Part shown: positions 48,206-61,149 of the stretch, piece after piece
Numbering within the stretch: position 1 is the first letter of the stretch
How the letters are laid out: each line of letters begins with the position of its first letter
From: Haplodiscus bocki
Taxonomy: Eukaryota
NCBI GenBank assembly: GCA_965655095.1
Contig: OZ296657.1
Span: 45,384,001-45,448,000, forward strand
Reading direction: 5' to 3'
DNA length: 64,000 nt
The notes under the pieces: model-generated
Databases searched by the model: none
What the model saw: the letters and a program-made list of their open reading frames with translations, nothing else
Told to the model about the DNA's origin: nothing
Translations under genes and position numbers: made by a program

Positions 48206-51200
48206 CCTCTCCTCTAAACTTTAATGAATGCAGATACTTGGACGTCTTTCATAAATTTGTTGGAACACTAGGCATCTTGTGCCTCAAAATCTTTAAAATC
48301 ATTGATCTGATCGGACATCAAGATCCTAGGAACCCTATGTGTCCTTAGGTAATAAGGGCCTTGGAAACCTTAGTGTCTCCATCGGGCATAAGAGTTCTTC
48401 GAACGCTGGCTGTCTTCGAAAATTAAAGTCTTTGGAACCCTGCTTTCGTCGAAACCCACCCGTGTCGTCGAGCATCAACCTCAGAGCCGTGGGAACAAAA
48501 TAGTTTCCGCAAACACATTTCTGTATAATTTTATGTGGAGATCTAATTGGGCAGCAGTTGCTGAACTTTTAAACCATTAAGACATGGCTTTGTCAAGAGT
48601 TACATTTATTGTCTGGTCTTGGGAACCAGTAAGCATCATATCCGTCATCGAAATCACACAAAGCAAAATGACCCTAAGTACCAAGATGAATTGTGGAACT
48701 GAGGCTGCAGTTTCCCTGATTTCAAGCTTATATCAAAAAGCATTCACTATAATTTGGCAAAATTAGCTGAATATCGAGGGATAACGCGCGGTATTATGGA
48801 TTTTTGCAAGTATGATTTCAATTTCACGAAGTACTTTTAGTGCTACTCGGTTGTTTTTTGGATGCTTTTTCGTACATTTTGCGACTTCGTCCGACATCAG
48901 GATTTCGTGCCACGTTTGGAGAAATTTCAGATTTTTTTCAGAGCAGCAAAGGTACGTTCGAGGAGTACAGGAGACACCATATATGCCAACATGGTAGCGG
49001 TCACTGCACGTAAGTCCAAAAAAAAGAATTCCCCTGTGAATATGTATACATACGGACCGGACCAGGAGCACCTTTGGAAATTTTAGGAATTTTTCCTCAC
49101 AACAGCAAAGCTGTGTGGGAGTACAAGAGGAACCTTGCAGGCCATCATAGTAGCAGGGAGAGCGCAGCTCAACAATTTTTTTGTTCCCCAGTCAATATAC
49201 TTATAAAAATGTAAACCTCGGGAAATTTTGAATAGTTGATCCTAATTCGCGGTAAAGGGGAATAAGTTAAATCGGCAACCTATGGTTGTCCCAAAAAATT
49301 TTCCGAAGTCATTTCCGCATTGGACTTTAGAGGCAAAGTTTTATCAAGAAAATTCAGTACACCAACGAGCAGTTTAATAATCCTTGAGTTTCCGCCAGCA
49401 ATCGAGCAGCATTTTTGGGCGGATAATCCAGGGCGTGACCAACCAATGGTGGGTCTGAGTTCGAGTATCTTATTTCAAACAATAAAAGGTCAGAAAAGTA
49501 GTTCTGTCGAGGTTGGCGTTGTATAATCGAGATTGGCGGATAATTACTAAGAAAAAGCATACCGGCAATAGTGGCGGAAAATCGAGTGGATTATCGTGGA
49601 ATACCTAGGGACTTTTTGATGCAGGAAAAGGATATGGAGGCGTCACGAAAACTTCCCGTGTTTTCCTTCCCGAAAGTGATCCATTTTACGCGAAAGGGGA
49701 AGGGGATCACGATTTTGGTCGGAAAATTTCGTCTCAATACGAAAAACTTTCCAGGGGGTACCGTTAAGTGCTTTGCCAGATTTGGCCCTCCAGGAAAGAG
49801 GGGTACGAAAGAAAAAATTTGCCAAAGAGTGGGAAATGAGAAGAGCGTCCTACGAAAAGAAAATAGTCACGGTAATAGTCGGCACTTTTTTCTAAAGCGG
49901 CGACTAAAAATAAACATCATGCTAGATTGTTTCAAGCATTTTTTTCAGGAATTGTCGAGAAAGCTCAGTTTTTGGACATTCAGACTCGTCTGCTCCGAGT
50001 ATCGACACATTTTCAATTGCCGCAAGTGAAGGTACGACATCAAAAAAAAATGTTTTTCGTATTAGAATATTTCCGGAATCTTCACAAATCTTCTGTAGTT
50101 CCTAAGGACAAAAAAGCATAAGGTATTTGTTGTGTTATAACCAATGGCATTGTTGTAGTTGTTGACTCCTATGACACAGACCCGGAAGATGTTGGTGGTG
50201 TAGATTTCGTCAGAATCAGAGACACTTCTAGAAACTTCCCCGCTGGCATTTATGGTCATGATTTCAACGATGCCCCCACAGGTTGTGACGATGTTACGCC
50301 TGCTTTAGAGAAAACGAAGACCCTTTCAACCACTCCTGACGGTTTGATTTTCTATTCTAATTAGGTTGTTTCTTTTTGAAATGCTAGATATAATGATCTT
50401 GAAAATCATTGCCAAGGTTTGCTGAGAAATTGAAATGTTCGTTATAATTTTACCCGCGTTCTAGATGAGAAAGAACACGCTTCCATGTGTTTCGGCAATT
50501 TACGTCAGTTGACGAAAGATGAAATGAGCTCAAAGGGAGACACTGATTTTAAGCTGTTTGAAGTCCAAAATTCGAACAAACTGGTTTTCCTTTTAAATGG
50601 AATGTGTGTGAGGTCAAAATCTAAGTTGAAATCCCCAATGCCAAAATCTTGTGGGTTAAAATCTAAATTATTGAAGGAAGTTATTTATTGGCTAATTGGT
50701 TTTCATTAGGTAATTAGTCAATTGCTTTTCAACAGCAAGCTGAGAGGGTGAGAGGGCTCACATCGGCATTTTCCGCAAGGCTCGGGAGATGCAAGTGACT
50801 TTGTATTCTGTATTAGGAACTTAGTCAATCTTGTTTTTTGTTATTGTGGGGGTGCAATATGTCAAATTTGTGAATTTTCCAAGAAATTTTTGAGTCAAAT
50901 TTTTGAAGGGGAAATTGCGAATATACCTGGCATTTACAAATTTTGTGGAAATTCGGTATAAGACGGGGGGGGGGGGGTCATAATTTTTTTTGGTATATGC
51001 AAAGGGTTTTCAGAAAAATTTTGCATGTAGTTTTGATTTTTTTTGTGAAATGCAAAAGATAGCATCAAAAAAATCGGGATGTTCCAGTGCCATAAAATCT
51101 GATGTTGGGCGTTAAGTGGTTATCGCGAAAAAAATCGGTGAATTGAATCGGGGGTTAAAATTGTTCAACTTTGTAAAAACCCTTCCATAAAACCATTGGT

Positions 51201-51331
51201 ACAGAATTTTGAAATGTTTATCGGAAAATTTTCTTGTAAAATCTAATAAAATATACACAAAAATGTAAGAGCTTTTTATTTCTACAACTGTTTTGAAAAA
51301 TTTATAATTGTTGAGATTTTGACTTCCGACG

Positions 51332-54300
51332 ATGACCAATTTAGAAATGGAGCTTGCAAGTGTATTGCACCCATACGCCATACCGGAGCAGATACCCATG
51401 AGAAGCAGGAAAGATACCGCTCGATTACTGGATAAGATTTCGTTCTCAAAAATACTCGATCACACAATACTCGATCGTTTTGGTACGTTGAACGCACTGG
51501 AGCTTGCTATACTATAGAAAATCTCTGTCGACTAATTAGTGGTGTATTTTCTTAAGTAGTTTATAATACCAGAAAAGAGAAGAAACATGGACAGCTTGTA
51601 GATGATTATACTAAATTCTGTTTTCAGATATTGATAGGGAGAAAGAGTCAAGAGCTTGCGATGGTGTTCCACTTCCAGATTTGATCGCGTCTGAAAGGTG
51701 TGCTGCTGGAAAGTTTTTGGATATCTGCCGGTGGCTCTCAAATCTCTTTTATGGGTGGCTTATGGCTATGATGCAAAAGTCCAGTTTCCTGTCTGATCGA
51801 GGTGTTATAGCTTTGGTACTGGTGGTACTTACCAGCATAGCTTTTGCTTGTCTTATGGGTAAGTTTTAGATGATTAAAGGACTTTCTAAACCCTCTTGTA
51901 GTCTTGGTAAAATAAAAAAAAAGCTTGTTTATCAACCTTGCAAAATGGCAAAAAAGAACACATTTGACGAAGAAAGCTCTTACATTGAATTTTTCAAAGT
52001 TGTTGCCAAGTTTGATTGAATTGAAAGTTTCTGTTAAAAACTTTTTCTGAATCTTCTGTACCCATTATGTCATGCTGTCAGAAAAGAAAAGTTTGCGGTG
52101 ATAAAACTGATTGCAAATTCAATGAATGTTGCTCGTGTTTCCAAGTGCTGAGTGAAAAAACTGCTATTCAGTTTTCTGTTTAAAATCACGAGATTAAATC
52201 TTCATATTCTCAGATCGAACTTTTTTCCAGCTCTGGAAAAGAAAAATGCCGAAATTGAATTGATGCAGCAAAACGAGGCCTTGAAGGTAAATGAATTGCA
52301 AATTCTTTCTTAGACAGGACGCATTGCGTTGGAATACGTTGTCAGGTGATAAAGATTCAAAATTGCACGTGGATGGTAATGGCAAATATTCAATGCATTT
52401 TCCATCTAAAAAATTGTACCGAGAAAGGTAGAAAATAATGGTACGTCTATGGCTGCTCGGATTTACCGCCCAGGAATGAAGCATTGCATTCTTAGTGAGT
52501 CATGGATGGGAAATAGATTAACCACGGATGATGTCTTAGTGCGGACCCTGGGGTATCCTGAGGCCAGAGGAACCTTACTAAGGTGCAGCCCTGCGGTTTA
52601 AGAATTATCCACGAGGTCGTAGTAAAGTATCCATGTGCCAATAAAAAACACATACATAATCGTTTAACCTTCTAAATACAGACTGAGTATATATAAACTA
52701 AGTATATATAGATTAAGTATATTAAAAGTGTGAAATTTACATGAAAATGTTTTCAATGGTGTTTGGCCGGTGTCAGGACATTTCGTCCTATGCCATTTCA
52801 ACCGCTGCAATTTCAACCGCTGCAATTTCAACCGTTCACACTTTCAACCGTTCACACTTTCAACCGCGTGCCATTTCAACCGCCTGCAATTTCAACCGCC
52901 GCAAATTCAACCGCTTCAATTACATAGTAATCAATTAATTACGGTAACTAAGTGTAATTAAGATTAATCCTTTTTAAACGTAATAATTAAAATAAGGTTT
53001 GGATATAAAAGCGTCGTCGTTACCGGATTCAGCAATTTACACACCGATGATAGGAAATTAACACCGTTCGCACCTAATCGTAATCGAAATTGTGTAAAAA
53101 TTTTGAGCCATTCAGTATTCCAGTAGCAGCACCTATCAGACGTTCCAAAATGCAAGTTCAAATTATAGAATCAAACCGAGGCGGAAAAATTGCACTTCAC
53201 GACGGCCACTCATATAATCAGAAACAATCAACTAATAACTGTATCCACTGGCGTTGCACAAAATATTACAAGTTGAAATGTCCCGCAATCTTGAAAACTA
53301 AAAACGAAACTGTCATCGAAACAAAAGGTACCCATAATCACGAATGCGACCCCGGCGAATGTAAAGCGAAAGAAGTTGTGAACCAAATTAAAAGAAGAGC
53401 CGAATATTCACCAACTGTGGCAATTGCCAATGAAATATACGAGATTTCGGATGATTATGCAGTTCAGCTTGCAATGCCGAAAAAAGACAACCTGTTGCGA
53501 GCAGTTTCTCGAAAACGACAAAAAGCGATGTGTCTTCAAATACCTGCCCCAACTGATCGACATTTTGACGTCCCTGATGAGTTTGCTCCCTTCCTCCTCC
53601 TATAGAAAACCCAATTGTTAGTAAGAAACCGCCTTTTCCAATCGAATTGTGGAACCAGTACGATGCAGCAGGAGAGGGGGTAGCCCGGACAACAAATAGC
53701 GTAGAAGGCTGGCATTACGGACTGCAGGCGTATTTTAGTGGTTCTACGCCGAATATTTGGTTGCTCTTACGGAACTTGGAAAAGGATTCGAAAATGCAGA
53801 AGTTTAAATATGTTCAAGAAACTGCCGGATTATTATGCTCCAAGCGCCCCCGATACGAAAAAATAAAAAAACAGATGCAAAATATCCGAAGCACTTATGA
53901 GTTCGAAAATGCTGTGCCATATCTCAGAGCAGTAGCAAAATTCAGATGAAAACGTTTAGACAATTTTCGTATGTTTTTTTTCTTTTTTTGAGAATCGGAA
54001 GTACATTTGGACTACGGGCTGGCTAACCCTTTAGAAAAATGTTCAAAGCCGGTGACAAGAAATCAAAGTCCCTTCGAGTTTGTTGTCCTAGTGAGATGCT
54101 AATTGCATCTGATTTCTTCCTAATGGCGTTCAGAAACATCATTTTCAAGTTTGGTACATATGGTAGTTTGTCCAATATGACCTTTGGAAATTACGTAACA
54201 CTGTCTTATTGATGACGTTTAATTGATTCTATAATTACTTTACTTGTTTTCGAACGTCTTGAAAAAATTGAATAACCTTGAACTTAATTAAATAGGTCGA

Positions 54301-56721
54301 ATTTGTGGCGGTTGAATTTGCAAGCGGTTGAATTTGCAAGCGGTCGAAAAGGCCAGCGGTTGAAAGTGAGAACGGTTGAAAGTGTAAACGGTTGAAATTG
54401 CAGCGGTTGAAATTGCAGCGGTTGAAATGGCGTAGGACGAAATGACATGTAACCGTTTGGCCGCTGGCTCTAATGTTGGACTATTTTTGTTGGCATTTGA
54501 CAATGTTTCAGGAATCTCAGTGGATGCGTCAAATGGAAGAGAAGATAGGTGAGCAGCTGCAGATGTTCAACTCTCAAATGCAGGCCGAACGAGACGTGTG
54601 GCAAAATCAACTCAAGAACTGTGAGTTGAGTAGTCTTCAATGTGCCTGTCGCCCTTAGTGTAAAGCTATACAACGAAGGTTTGGCCCAAGAAAAATTTAG
54701 GATTTCAAGGAGATTGGTTATTTGAAAGGATGCGAGACAACTGCCGATCTAGAAGTAGGACAAAACCGCTGAAACGGGACAAAAGCGCATATTTTAAAAC
54801 GGCCGATTTCGAAAAAAAACTTCGATTTGTAATAATAATGATTTCAAGTTTTGTCAGACTTGCTGTCAGTCAGAGTTCCTGAAGATAACAGCGTCTTGGT
54901 ATAAATGTCGATAATTAGCAAATAAATTTCCAATATATCACTGAAATCCCAATGAAAGTGAAATACCACTACAACCAATTTATATAGATTTTTGCGGAAT
55001 AGTACTTTCAGATTTTTCATTACTGGAACTAGTGAAAATTTCTATAGTGTTTCTATGGTAGATATATGTGCATAAAATACTATGTGCACAAAATACTATA
55101 AGTGCTCATTTTTTGTGATAACAAGTTGCATATACCAATTTTCCCAAATAATCAATTGCCGAAAATCACTGCGCACAAAAACATACAGAAAAACTTTCCG
55201 AAAAGGCTGAAACCAAAACATTCTGAAATTTTCTTCCTGGATATTTCCTGATCATACAAGGAGTATCAAGAAAAAGATCAGATAAATAGTGTATGGAAGG
55301 GAGACACCGTGAAATTTTACTTGAGCCTGTTTAGAAAAATCTGAAAACTATGAGCCGCAAAAATTGAAGAAAATTGTGTGTTTTGTAGTGTAATTTCAGT
55401 TTTTATTAGTATATTGGTAATATACTTGCTAATTATCGATAATTCGGCCAGGACGCTTTCGTAATCGAAAATCAATTTTGACGCTTTCCATGTTCTTAGG
55501 TAACAAACGGTGGTGTAGTCTCACTTACCAAATCTTTGGTTTCATTCTGCCCCCAATTTGAAATAATGATAGCTAATAGCTGCTGAAGAAAATGAACTGG
55601 TTTCGGCTCAAGTGGTTGATGCCCTCGTTAGTGTTTCGTTTTAGTAGGGGGAGGTTTTTTCAGCAAATTCTTTAATGGAAGAACTGAAAACAAAATTATC
55701 TGAAAGTGAAGCCTTGAACAAAATTCAGCAAGTCAGTGAAGAAATCTCCGAGTCTCAACGAAACACAGAACGCAGTATCTTGGGATGGATCATGGGTCCT
55801 TCTGAAGAGCTTTCTCAAGAAACTTCCGAACAACGTTTGTATGACGAAATGAATCAAGATGCGAATTTGGGCAACATTGATCAACTAATCCAAGAGTTGT
55901 CCCACAAATATTCCATGTCAACTGCCGACAAAGTGTCTCTTCAGCATATTCTGGAAAAACACCATCAGAGCTCCAATGGGGACAAAACTCAACGTTCCCA
56001 GAACACGGGATCATCATGGGAAGATCCTGAGACTGAGACTATCATGACGCAATCTTTATTCGCAACGAAGGCTTTCCTCGAAAATTCTCTGAAAAGTTTA
56101 CAAAAGTCTATAAAAGATGCAAATTTTACAACGGAATCCTTGTCCATGGCAAGTGATAAGTTGGTGAATGTTTCCGAAGTCATCCGGGTTTCGGAGCTAA
56201 TGGGAAACGCCGTGTTTGATTTGGTTGCTGAAAAGATTTCGCAAATTACGCAACTGAAAGAGAACTTGAATATAACTCAGGTTGAACAGTTTGCGACTGC
56301 ACAAGCGAAGAATACAGTGCAAAAGATGAACAGCATTGTGAACAAAACTGTTGAAAAGTTATCCAAGGTCAGAGATGAAGTTGAATCGAACAAACAGATC
56401 AAGAAATTGAGAAAAGGAGCTGATAAAATTTTCAATGGGTTTGTGAAGGCGGCTGGTAATAAATGGAAAGAGTTCTCAAAAATGTTGGCGAAATTGTTTT
56501 TCAAAAGCAGTGGAAAAGATGAGGAAACAAAAAGATACCGCGAAGGCCGATTCGAAAATGAAAAAACGGGTGTGGATGATCGTAGGAGGATGAAGCATCA
56601 TGACAATGATAAATCTTCTTGGAAGAAAAAAATCAACGAAGAGAGTCATCATGGACATGGGCGACATTTTGAAAGAGTTCATGAAGAGTTTGGTTACTGG
56701 GAGAAACATCGCAACAATTGA
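51332..56721 (+). CDS. Spliced host gene: single-pass membrane protein with long coiled-coil C-terminal region (unidentified)
   Basis: Phase-consistent GT-AG exon chain built by hand: about 51332/51345-51482, 51628-51858 (TM GVIALVLVVLTSIAFACLM), 52231-52286, 54512-54620, 55664-56721 (348-aa ORF). Further 5' exons possible near 50140-50341 and from 50465. Confidence 0.65.
52769..52920 (+). repeat. Left TIR with tandem 15-16 bp TTTCAACCG units
   Basis: catttcgtcctatgccatttcaaccgctgcaatttcaaccg... is the inverted copy of 54295-54454. Confidence 0.9.
53150..53949 (+). pseudogene. FLYWCH-MULE transposase with central catalytic region deleted
   Basis: SNRGGKIALHDGHSY..IHWRC..CPA..HNH (FLYWCH) joined near 53600 to FPIELWNQY..RTTNSVEGWH (C-terminal E motif). 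The two Asp motifs are absent. Confidence 0.85.
54295..54454 (-). repeat. Right TIR
   Basis: cggttgaaattgcagcggttgaaatggcgtaggacgaaatg. Confidence 0.9.
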
Positions 56722-58649
56722 CAGTCAAGATCTTTTTCGTAGTTTATCTTGTATATACTTATTTCAGTTGATTAGTCAGTTTTAGCTTGTAAATTGTGGT
56801 GGTAAACTCTGCTAGAGGGTTTGATTTAATCATCGTTAGATTGTTAGTGGCTACTACATAAAGTAGTAAAGTGTCCGTGGAGTTCATTTTTCAAACTTTT
56901 GAGATAGAATTCTTATTTATACGCCTTCATATAAATGAACATCATGATTGGAGTGCCGGCATTCTACGGGAAGTGACAAACTGTTGAAGGATAAAATTCG
57001 AATGTTTGTTTTCTCAGATGCCACCCACTGGGCGAGTGCCGAATAAACACTGTTTTTCGCTCGAATGTGTCTTGTAGTCAATTTTTAGGAATCTATTCCC
57101 CCATGACCACTAAACCCCTACTCGCTGAACATTGTTTACTACTGAACTTTTCAAGATTGATTTCAGTCTGCAGTATTTTCCGCAGCGCTTGGGTATGCCC
57201 TCTCCGATATAAAAATTAGTTAGCAATGTAACGAAAATCTATTTTGAAAGTTGGGTATTGCGCATTCTGCTGATCTTAAGTTCAAAATTGAAAATTGGGC
57301 CGATTTTGAGTTGAAAACGATTACCTTGAAATTTTCGTTTCATTTTAAATGAATAAAAAAATGTTCATCATTGACCATTTAGTTGGAGTGGAGTTTTTTG
57401 GAGTGCAATGTTCTGAAACAGCATTTACAAACCGATTCCCGCAAATTTATTTTGGTAAGTTTTGGAAACGTTTGATGAACCTTAGAGCTATTAAGTCATC
57501 GAAATTTGATCAAAACCGGGGTAGCCTATTACGGGCTCAGACGTTAGAAACGAAATAACAGCACATTGCCTCCTATACGACTTTCCAATAAAAAGAAAGA
57601 ATTTCAACCATCTGAAGTTGGAATATTCAATTTCTTAATTCCAACATCTTAATTTCAAACTAAGATTGGTTTTGTAAAAAGAGTTCATTCTAATTTATGC
57701 ATCTGATGGATAACGAGCGGCGCAATGAAAAAAAACTGCCACAAAGAGTCACGCACCTGCGATGAGTACGCCTACTAGAAGCTCAACTGCGAGTGTGCCA
57801 AATCTTTCACTTCGGTTTCCTGATTCAAAATGGAGATAATTCGAGGAAATTTGAACAATGTTCGTTGGCAAACATCTGTAGCCTCCGAAAAAATCTACGC
57901 CGCAACGATGAGTATTTTCCCCAAGCAAAACTAAATTTTATTGGCCTTTCATTGGCCAAGCATGAGTAAAAGTTCAAAAATTCCGGAAAATTAAATTTTT
58001 GGAACCATTATTTTCGGAAAAACACGAACAATAGTGAGCAAGCAAGCAAATATATCAAAACGAACCGAATTTTTGCTCTTCGCAAAACCCTTAACATGTA
58101 TGATCATTCCATATCGGTTAAAAAAAGTGCTTTTCTTGGGGGAAAAAACTCAAACTTAACGAAAAAGTCAAATTTTCCGAATGTTTTGACCAAAAAAGCC
58201 ATAAATTTCTCGGAAAAGTGCAAATACTCTCCAAGTGATAGTAGTTTCTGCCTGTTGGGACCTTTTGCCAGAATAACTCCAGTGTTGACCTAGAAATGGG
58301 AAACGCTGGAGATATAATATCTCGCTGGAAAATCGCCGAAAAATTTTGCGATAAAACTACACCATAAACATTGTTGGTGATTTTTTTTACATGAAGAAGG
58401 GCCGATGGGTAACAAATAATCAGCGCCTCTTATACAAAAAACTTGTCTTTGGACAACAAATTACAAATTGGGTGATGAAGCTCAAAAGCAGCTTGAAGAT
58501 TACATTTTCTGCAAAACTTCCATATTTTTATTTTTCGCCGTATATGAAATATACAAGAAAAATCATTCATTCAGTACAGTGTACAGTGGGGTCAAAATTC
58601 TTTTTTTTTCAGTGCAAAACTGCCAACTCTTTTTATTCAAAAATAAATG

Positions 58650-58718
58650 ACAGCTGTAGGGTTAGGACAACAGCGTTCTGAAGCAGTAGGTTTGGGGTTC
58701 GAGTCTCTGTCGTGCCAA
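58650..58718 (+). other. Degenerate tRNA-like / SINE-head sequence
   Basis: B-box-like GGTTCGAGTC followed by ..GCCA. No complete cloverleaf. Confidence 0.3.
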
Positions 58719-58734
58719 ATATTTTACGATTTAT

Positions 58735-59495
58735 CCCTAACAACTTTCGATACCCGCAATTAGTGAAATACTAAGGGGTTCCCCTACGAAAATTTTCGGC
58801 ATTGTGAGACAAAAAATTTTCGACGGGAAATCTTGATACTCTCCCCCCCCTCTCTTATCCATAAACTTTTTGGCTACAGGGAATTTTCTGAAACACAGCA
58901 CAGAAGGGTTCCTCTACGAAATTTTTCGGCACTGTGAGACAAAAAATTTCGACAGAAAATCATGACATAACCCTCTGAAGCATGAAAGTTTTCGATACTC
59001 GAAATTAGTGACACCCCAAAGGGTTGCCCTACGAAATTTTTCGGCACTGTGAGACAAAAAATTTTCGACNNNNNNNNNNNNNNNNNNNNNNNNNNNNNNN
59101 NNNNNNNNNNNNNNNNNNNNNNNNNNNNNNNNNNNNNNNNNNNNNNNNNNNNNNNNNNNNNNNNNNNNNNNNNNNNNNNNNNNNNNNNNNNNNNNNNNNN
59201 NNNNNNNNNNNNNNNNNNNNNNNNNNNNNNNNNNNNNNNNNNNNNNNNNNNNNNNNNNNNNNNNNNNNNNNNNNNNNNNNNNNNNNNNNNNNNNNNNNNN
59301 NNNNNNNNNNNNNNNNNNNNNNNNNNNNNNNNNNNNNNNNNNNNNNNNNNNNNNNNNNNNNNNNNNNNNNNNNNNNNNNNNNNNNNNNAATTTTTTCGAT
59401 ACTAGAAATTTTGTGAAACCCCAAAGGGTTCCCCTACGAAGTTTTTCGGCACTGTGAGACAAAAATTTTTCAACGGAAAATCGTGATACCCTTTT
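58735..59495. repeat. Tandem repeat (about 115-130 bp unit) spanning an assembly gap
   Basis: Core cctacgaaatttttcggcactgtgagacaaaaaattttcgac recurs with minor variants near 58783, 58912, 59028 and 59433. Confidence 0.9.
59070..59388. other. Assembly gap (N run)
   Basis: Run of N. Confidence 1.
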
Positions 59496-61149
59496 GCATA
59501 AAGTACAGAAGTCAGTGGTCGAATTGATGTTTGTAAAAACTCTTTGAAAACTAATATCAAAACAGTTGTTTTGTTTTTAACCGTTTGAAAAAGTTGATCA
59601 AAATATTTGTAGTTGGGCGAAAAATATGACGGTGCTAGCCGGCCGTCTTGTTAACGTTTTGAAACGTAATAGATCCTCAGAAGAAGAAATTTAGAACAAG
59701 TGCTGCACTCTTAAAATCCTGATTCACTATCATAATTTTTATACTAAAAAACCGGTTTCGCAGTTTTTCCAAAAAACTACGAGGACTCAAGGCTGATTGA
59801 CTTACAAGAAGCATGCAAAGATAGAAAAGGCCAGTAAGCGTAAACAATACGGACTTCTCGCTCCGCTGGAAGCTCCAAAGAACATCGATCAATTGTTTCC
59901 CCAACTCCTTTGTTGCTTGCGGAGCAGGCACCATTTCGTTCGCTCAATTAGTTACTAAGGCTCGTGGCAAGAGCTCTCAAAAACCATGGTATCACTTTTC
60001 AGATCTCGTTGAGTCAGGGATTTTTCATATAGTTGAAAGTCAAAATGACAGCGTTTTCAAAAGAGACCAATTTCCAATTTTTCTGCAAAAAAAACACTTA
60101 TTGAAAGCTTTTGACCGCAACGGAAAATGAATTTCAAAAGGAATCCACTATGGTCTTCCTGCCATGCAACTGAAAAATAGAGCTCACGTTCAGATCGAAC
60201 TCCCAGGATTTAGGAGTAAAGGTTGATTCTAAAAAGGCTCAAAGGAACTTGGGGTTGAAGTGTCCCCAAAAAATTACCGAAAATTTTTCACCGTTACCAA
60301 AATAGTGAGTAATCCATTCGAGTTTTAGATGGTTCCAATGCAGCCTTTGGGTCATTTTCGGACTTATTTTTCGAAACTAGATTTCGACACATTTTCCCAA
60401 ACCTTGATTTTTAAGACCGTTTCACAAATTAAACCTGTCGAAAAATCTTCCGAGAGCAACCAAAAATTAGCGCGTGATACAATTGAGTCTTTCGATAATC
60501 TTGGCCCAAAATTAATTGATGTGGAACCTTCCATCCGAAAAAAAAACGTCTTCCAACGTGACAAAATTTGCTCTTTTCCTCTTTTCTATCGCGAAAAATA
60601 TTAACTGTCTGATAGCAACCAAAATTTAGTATGCAATGGAAGGGAGTCTTTAAACGTTTCTGCAAAAGTCAGAAACACGTCACAGAATTAGGGAGATATC
60701 GAGCTTTGAAAGTTTTTCGATTTGAATGTAAAGCGAAAGATGTTTCAAAACTGATTCCGATCTTACATCTCTGGGCGTGTAACTACGCTTGCTTAAACAA
60801 TTTATCTAAAATTGCCCGAAAAATATTCATTTAGTTCCAAAGGTTGTCACGAGTTTCAAACAAAATAGAAAACAGATTGATAAGTGGGAAAGATAGAATA
60901 TCACTGCTAACTTTGCCAGTGAATACTGATCCGAAATGCTAGTACGCCCAACATGCCAACGGTAGCACTGCAAACGTGTAGTCTGTACGTCACACTCCTG
61001 AATTTTTCCAAGATTGACTTTCATACTAAATTTAGCACATATCAAACTTTAAATCTCTTTCAAAAGAGAATAATTTTTCTAATGTTGCTGATTGTGATTA
61101 TCATGTTCTAATGACTGAAATGAAATTGATATTCATCATGCAACTAACT

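Larger units (their letters stand above)
52769..54454 (+). mobile_element. Mutator-like (MULE, FLYWCH-type) DNA transposon, internally deleted, intronic
   Basis: TSD GTTTGGCC(G) at 52761 and 54455 (8 or 9 bp). About 150 bp TIRs. FLYWCH and C-terminal transposase remnants. Confidence 0.9.

Noticed and set aside
52741-52961. Repetitive ORFs (AISTA / HFNRCNFNR)
   Set aside because: Translations of the MULE TIR tandem repeats.
58735-59495. CRISPR-like array (conserved core with variable intervals)
   Set aside because: The intervals are homologous to each other, the context is eukaryotic, and there are no cas genes. It is a tandem repeat.
59677-61045. Possible minus-strand exons of a membrane protein
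   Set aside because: Short hydrophobic frames only; no consistent gene model could be built.
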